Shown: positions 59,193-64,000 of the stretch, in pieces | Layout of the letters: the number at the start of each line of letters is the position of its first letter | Position numbering within the stretch: position 1 is the stretch's first letter | Notes under the pieces: model-generated | The model's database searches: none | Told to the model about the DNA's origin: nothing | What the model saw: only the letters and a program-made list of their open reading frames with translations | Origin: Emiliania huxleyi CCMP1516 | Taxonomy: Eukaryota | Assembly: GCF_000372725.1 (NCBI RefSeq) | Contig: NW_005201392.1 | Location: 413,660 to 477,659 of the forward strand | Direction of reading: 5' to 3' | DNA: 64,000 bases | Program-made: the position numbers and the translations under genes

Positions 59193-62100
59193 CCACCTCC
59201 CACACACCACCACCGCCCTCCGCGCGTCCCCGCACGCCGCCTCCGCGCCCCCACGCCCCCACGACGACCTCCCGCCCCGCCCTCCCCGCGTCTCAGACCC
59301 TTGGCCGTGCTCCGCTCGGGGAAACTCGGCGCCGCCGTCGCGAGCACTGCTGCCAGCGCAGCCGCCGGGCGACGCGACAGCGGCGAGCGGCCGGGAGAGC
59401 CTCTCCAGTGCGGGTTGGGGGCGGCGGCGGCGCTCTGCGGGTGGCGGGCGAGCTGCTGGCCGGCCGGCGGCGCGTCTCGACTCGATTTATGGGCCGCCTC
59501 TCGGGCGTGCGGCCCGGGGCCCGTGCGGCGCGCGGAGATGGCGGCGCGCTCGGCGCGCTGGCGGCGGTGAAGCCTCCCAGAGTGGGCGCTGGCTGGCCAA
59601 GGGCGTCGGGCGGGTGCGGGGCGGCACTCGGGTCGCCGGGACGGGCCGTGGTGGCCCGTGTGGCGTTCGTGAGGGACTGTTTGGGCGCCCCGGCAGCCTC
59701 CAGGCCGGCGTGACCAGGGCCGGTCTCGCAGCGGTTTGGGGCTGGCCGCGGTGGGGTATATGGTGCTTGTTTGTGGTCCTCGCACCACCCACTCACCACT
59801 CCCGGCCGACGGGGCCTCGCGGGGCGTCCTCGTTTGCAGTTTTAAAGGCTTCTGCCATCGCTCAGTCTCGTCCCAAACCATGTGCTCAAGCACCGTGTTG
59901 CCTCGCAGTGCTGCGTTCGGTCCGCATCGGTGACTTCATCGGTGGCAACGGGGGTGGCAGAGGGTGGAATGGTTGGGTAGTAGGGCTAGAGGGTTGCTCT
60001 ACACTTAGCCTCTGCACAGCGAGCGAGCGCTCAACTTACCCCCGCACGGAGCCGGGCTCAGACTTAGACGCTGTATGGTCGGGGGCCATGAACTTAGACG
60101 ACATAAGGCCAACTCCGGGTAAAACCCGGGTATACCTGCAAAAGTCCAGGTTTACCCGAAAATACCTGGACGCGTCCCGACCAACGTATGCCGCGCACGA
60201 CGCCATATCGCCTTCTCCCAGGGCCAGTGCGCTACTTGCGGCGCGCAATTCCTGCTCAAGTACGCGCACCGTACCATGTGCTGCCGCTATGCGTGCCGTA
60301 AGGCGGCTGCGGCGAAGCGGCGGGCGCGGCATGCTGATGGCAGTGCGGACGATGCGGTTGCGATGTGTTCTGCTTCAAGATCGTGGCGGTGCTTGGCATG
60401 GATATGCACTTCTGCGATCCCAATCAGCTCATCGCAACGAAGCAGCGCAACAAGCTGGCTGCTGCCAACAAGGTCCTATGCTTCCTACCTTCACGCGCGG
60501 ATCGTTCAAAGAGGACCAGCATACACAGGCTTCTCTGACATGCGTTTGTTTGAGCTTGAGGCTATTTGTGAGAAATGTTTGGCTAGAGATTGCGCTCAAG
60601 AAGCAGCAACGAGAATCGGAAGGGGAGGATGCTAAGCGGCGATTGCTGAGGCATGAGGAGGATCGATCCGGATTTTAGTAGGCGCCCGCCGCAGGCGAAG
60701 AAAATTTGGGCGGAGCGCCGTACTGTATCGATCACGGTGGGAGCCTCTTGGCCCCCCAGGCCGTGCCACGGCCGACTTAGCCGATGTAAGAGGCTCCCGC
60801 TGATCTTAGACCGCGCAAGCACCCCAGCGTGCTTAAGCACACTTAGACCCGCTAGGCGTCGAGGCTCAGAACTTAGACTACTACCCAACCAGTGAGGGTG
60901 GGGTGTGGCGCAAGAACGACCTCGACCCGTGAGCCCTTGCTTGGCATGCCAGCAGGGGCATGTCATGCCTTGCCAGGAAGGCCGGTACTTCCACCTCTAG
61001 TCTACGGTCTAGTGTCTAGAGCCCTGAGGCGGCGAGATTCAGCGAGATTGCTGCGATTTGCCGGCTCTCGCGACGGTCTCACCCATGCATCTGCTGCACG
61101 AGACAAGGCGCACTCCGGGCGCTGTGGAGGGCGCAAAAGCGGGTTTCACGCCGCACATCCGACTAGAGAGTTGTAGTCCGAGGTCCGTACTACAACCCCA
61201 AAGTCGGACATTCGATGTCAATCGCTCGCGCGCGCGCCGCGCCGTTCTGTCCCCGCGCCGCCGCACCCCACGTTGTCTGCCATATGCGACGTCGTCGGGG
61301 AGGGCGTCGTCGCGGGCGCCAACGTGGTCATGCGAGCCCCTACGGCTGTCCAACGTCTGGGTGGCCAGGGGCGGGGGTCGAGCCGTGAGTGCTCCGCCGG
61401 GGCGAGCTTCTGGGTCCATGGCACCGCTGCCGGACCCGTCCGAGAGCCTCTCCGGACACGTTCGCTCGATGGCCTAGTTGGCGGCCGATATTCGACGACA
61501 AAAGCTCCGGACGCCGCGGCCAAAGATCAACGCACAGCCCCAGGACTCGTGGTGGGTGTGGGGTGTGCCTCACGAGGCGGAGAGGCCGCGTGAACTCCCG
61601 TAGAAGCTCGCGAAGTGCGGATTTGGAGCGCCGCGCCGGACCTCCGCCGGGGCCCGCCGGGGCCACGGGAGAGGTCAGAAATCGTTTTGGGGGTTAGCCT
61701 ACTCAAAGCGGTCACGGTCCCGTCCAGTTTGGTCCCTTGGCCGGCCCTGGACCGCTCGGCACCGCGCGGGAGTGCCGATTTTTTTGAAAAAGCCCCAAAT
61801 GCCAAAAGCAAAATGTGTCGTGAAGAAAACCTAAACCAGAGATTGCAGTATGCAGATGATAACCCCTCTAGCATTGTTTCCTAGATGATCACTTGAATGA
61901 CGATCACGGCGCCTGCGCCAAGGGATCGATCTCGATCCCTCACCATTTGCGCGCGCACACCTCGCCCCACGCGCAGGAGACAGGACGCGGCGGTGGGTGC
62001 GCACAAACTCAGGGCCATGCCCACGACAGACTGGGCGCATATGGCACGCAGAGACCGATTGCAGCTTTGTAGCCCGTGTCTCGTCACGACTCCGCCCTCC

Positions 62101-62269
62101 CCTTCCCTCGCCTCGCTTTCCGCCGCTTCCCCTTCTTTGGCGCCTACGTGGAGATCGCCGAGATCGCCCCTTTCGCCGAGAGAAGCGGGGGGAGGGCAGG
62201 CCACGGTGCACACCTCTCTCCTCCCGACTAGTCCTGGGTCATCTGGACGCTCCTCGGCTCATCTAGGCC

Positions 62270-62965
62270 AATCTCGAGGAAGGAGCAGCTCGTCTCTCGC
62301 CCGAGATACAACCGAGATACAGCCGAGATACAATCTCGAGGAAGGAGAAGCTCGCGTCTCTCGCCCGCGTCGACCACTCACGGTCTACCCTCGACTGTAT
62401 CTCGGCTGTATCTCGGCTCCGCTCAGCTCCTCTCGGCTCCTCTCGGCTCCTCTCGACTCCTCTCGGCTCCTCTCGGCTCCTCTCGGCTCCTCTCGGCGCA
62501 CCTCCTCGGCGTCATCGCCGCCGCTCTTCTTGGGCTGCACCGCCTGTCCACGCCAATGCGGTCTGATTAGACGCAGCCCACACACCGCGCGCCCTTCCCC
62601 CCTGCTCTGACGCCGTCGCCTTCTCCTCCTCCGCCGCCTCGCCCGCCGCAGCCTTGTCCTCGGCTGCCTCGCCACTACCTCTCGCCGCGCCTGTGAACAG
62701 CGTCTCTTCACGGCTGGTGTGAGTGGGCGATGCTTCGCTCTCCCCGCGCCCTGCGCACCCGCGCCGCCGCCCGCGGCGGCTTCCGCCCCCTTGCCGCCGC
62801 CCTCGCTGCCGCCCTCCTCCTCCTCCTCCTCCTCCTCCTCTCCCTTTCCTTTCGCCTTGCCCTTGCCCTTGCCCCGCTTCCTTCCCATGCCCTTCCCGCC
62901 CTTGGCCACCCGAACCGCCGGCTTGGCCGCCGGCTTGGCCTCCCCCTCGGCGCCAGCCTGCAGGG
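62270..62965 (-). CDS. Exons of a low-complexity K/E/A/G-rich protein; limits unknown
   Basis: AGAEGEAKPAAKP..KGKGKAKGKGEEEEEEEEE, AAEDKAAAGEAAEEEK and QPKKSGGDDAEE, separated by introns, one satellite-filled; upstream intron contains CCCTAA/CCCTGA repeats. Confidence 0.45.
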
Positions 62966-64000
62966 CAAGGCGAGGCGCGAGTCCACACCCTAACCCTGAC
63001 CCTGACCCTGACCCTAACCCCAACCCTACACGGGTGGTCTGTTTGGTGGCGCGCTAGGTGGTTGGGGCGAGGAAGTGGTGCGGGGCTAGGGCCAGCCCAA
63101 CCCGCACTCCACGCCCTGAGACAAGACTCCCCGCGGCGTTGAAGGTGCAAGGGGAGAGAGAGAAGGGTGCGTACGGACGACTGTGCGTGCGGCGCTCTCC
63201 CCGAAGGTGCATGCTGTTGACCAGGTCCTAACTAAGCCGGCGCTCGACGTCGCCTGTCGAGTTCTGTGTCGAGTTGTCCGAGAGTGTCCGAGAGTGTCCG
63301 AGATCAGTCCAAGATCCATCGCAAGCAGCCCGGCACCTTCGGAGGCTTTCGCGGCGGCTCCGAGCCGCGTCCAATGTGGGCGTGCAGCAGCTGGTGGTGC
63401 TCGGCGACCTGTCCACACGGCGCGGTTTGAAGGGCGCCGTTTGTTATGCCGAGCGAGGCCATGGATCTGAGACCTGCCGCTGAAGCTCCGAGAGCTGAAA
63501 GTCGGCGTGGTGGCCGCTGGTGGCCTGAGTGGCGGAGTGGAATGAGAGGCGAGTTTTACAGAGAGGCATCGGTGGGAGAGAAATCAGCCCGAAGGAGCGG
63601 CTGGAGTGCACGAGACCGTGCCTGCTGGAGGAAGAGGAAGCCGACGGCGCCGGTGAGGAACACAAAGCCGCCGACGAGAAGAGCAACGCAGATCGGGAAG
63701 AAGGGAGCAGTGGGAGGCGTGTGCGTCACGACGACTGGCGTCGAAGCCTTCATCGGAAGTTCAAGCAAAACTTCACAGCGACTCCCGCGAGGACAAAAGA
63801 ATTCTTAAGAGACAAGCCTCTCTCACAGCACACTGGCACGACAAAAGAAGAATTTTACCAGGCTCCCTCGCACAACACTGGGCACGGGACTCCCTAGGGT
63901 GGGCGACGGCTAGCGCATCACACTCCTCTCCTTAAAATCCCTGTGTGGTGGCGGCGTGCCGTCCTCCCATCCCTCCCTTGGGCTGTCTGTTTTCTTTCTT

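Noticed and set aside
59614..60678. 354-aa ORF
   Set aside because: It crosses unrelated repeat fragments and has no coherent domain, so it is probably a chance open frame.

Overview
GC-rich, intron-rich eukaryotic DNA. The many GC-AG introns filled with 10-11-bp satellites (GGGGAGATGT, CCGAGATxxx, GGACATGTCx) suggest a haptophyte such as Emiliania/Gephyrocapsa huxleyi; this is an inference. The window opens with a telomere-like 14-mer array and two further satellites. Genes, in order: a multi-exon myosin (-), a secreted Cys-rich protein, three J-domain genes (DNAJB12/14-like, J+ubiquitin-like, J+MBD), a SAM methyltransferase, an ER FKBP, a secreted Pro/Cys-rich protein, an unknown multi-exon gene, a divergent F1-ATPase alpha-like gene, a MORN-repeat ORF and an AID/APOBEC-like deaminase. 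Several non-autonomous TIR elements lie between them. Most notable: (1) the APOBEC-like deaminase has a canonical eIF4E-binding-type motif (KKVYGRDFLL) and an extra C-terminal module; (2) non-LTR retroelement 3' ends terminate in, and insert at, (T)GTGAA, forming head-to-tail arrays; (3) a dozen or more satellite introns are bracketed by 16-33-bp duplications of exon sequence that supply their splice sites; (4) a J-domain is fused to an MBD. Exon boundaries were inferred by eye and are approximate. No rRNA, tRNA or CRISPR array was found.
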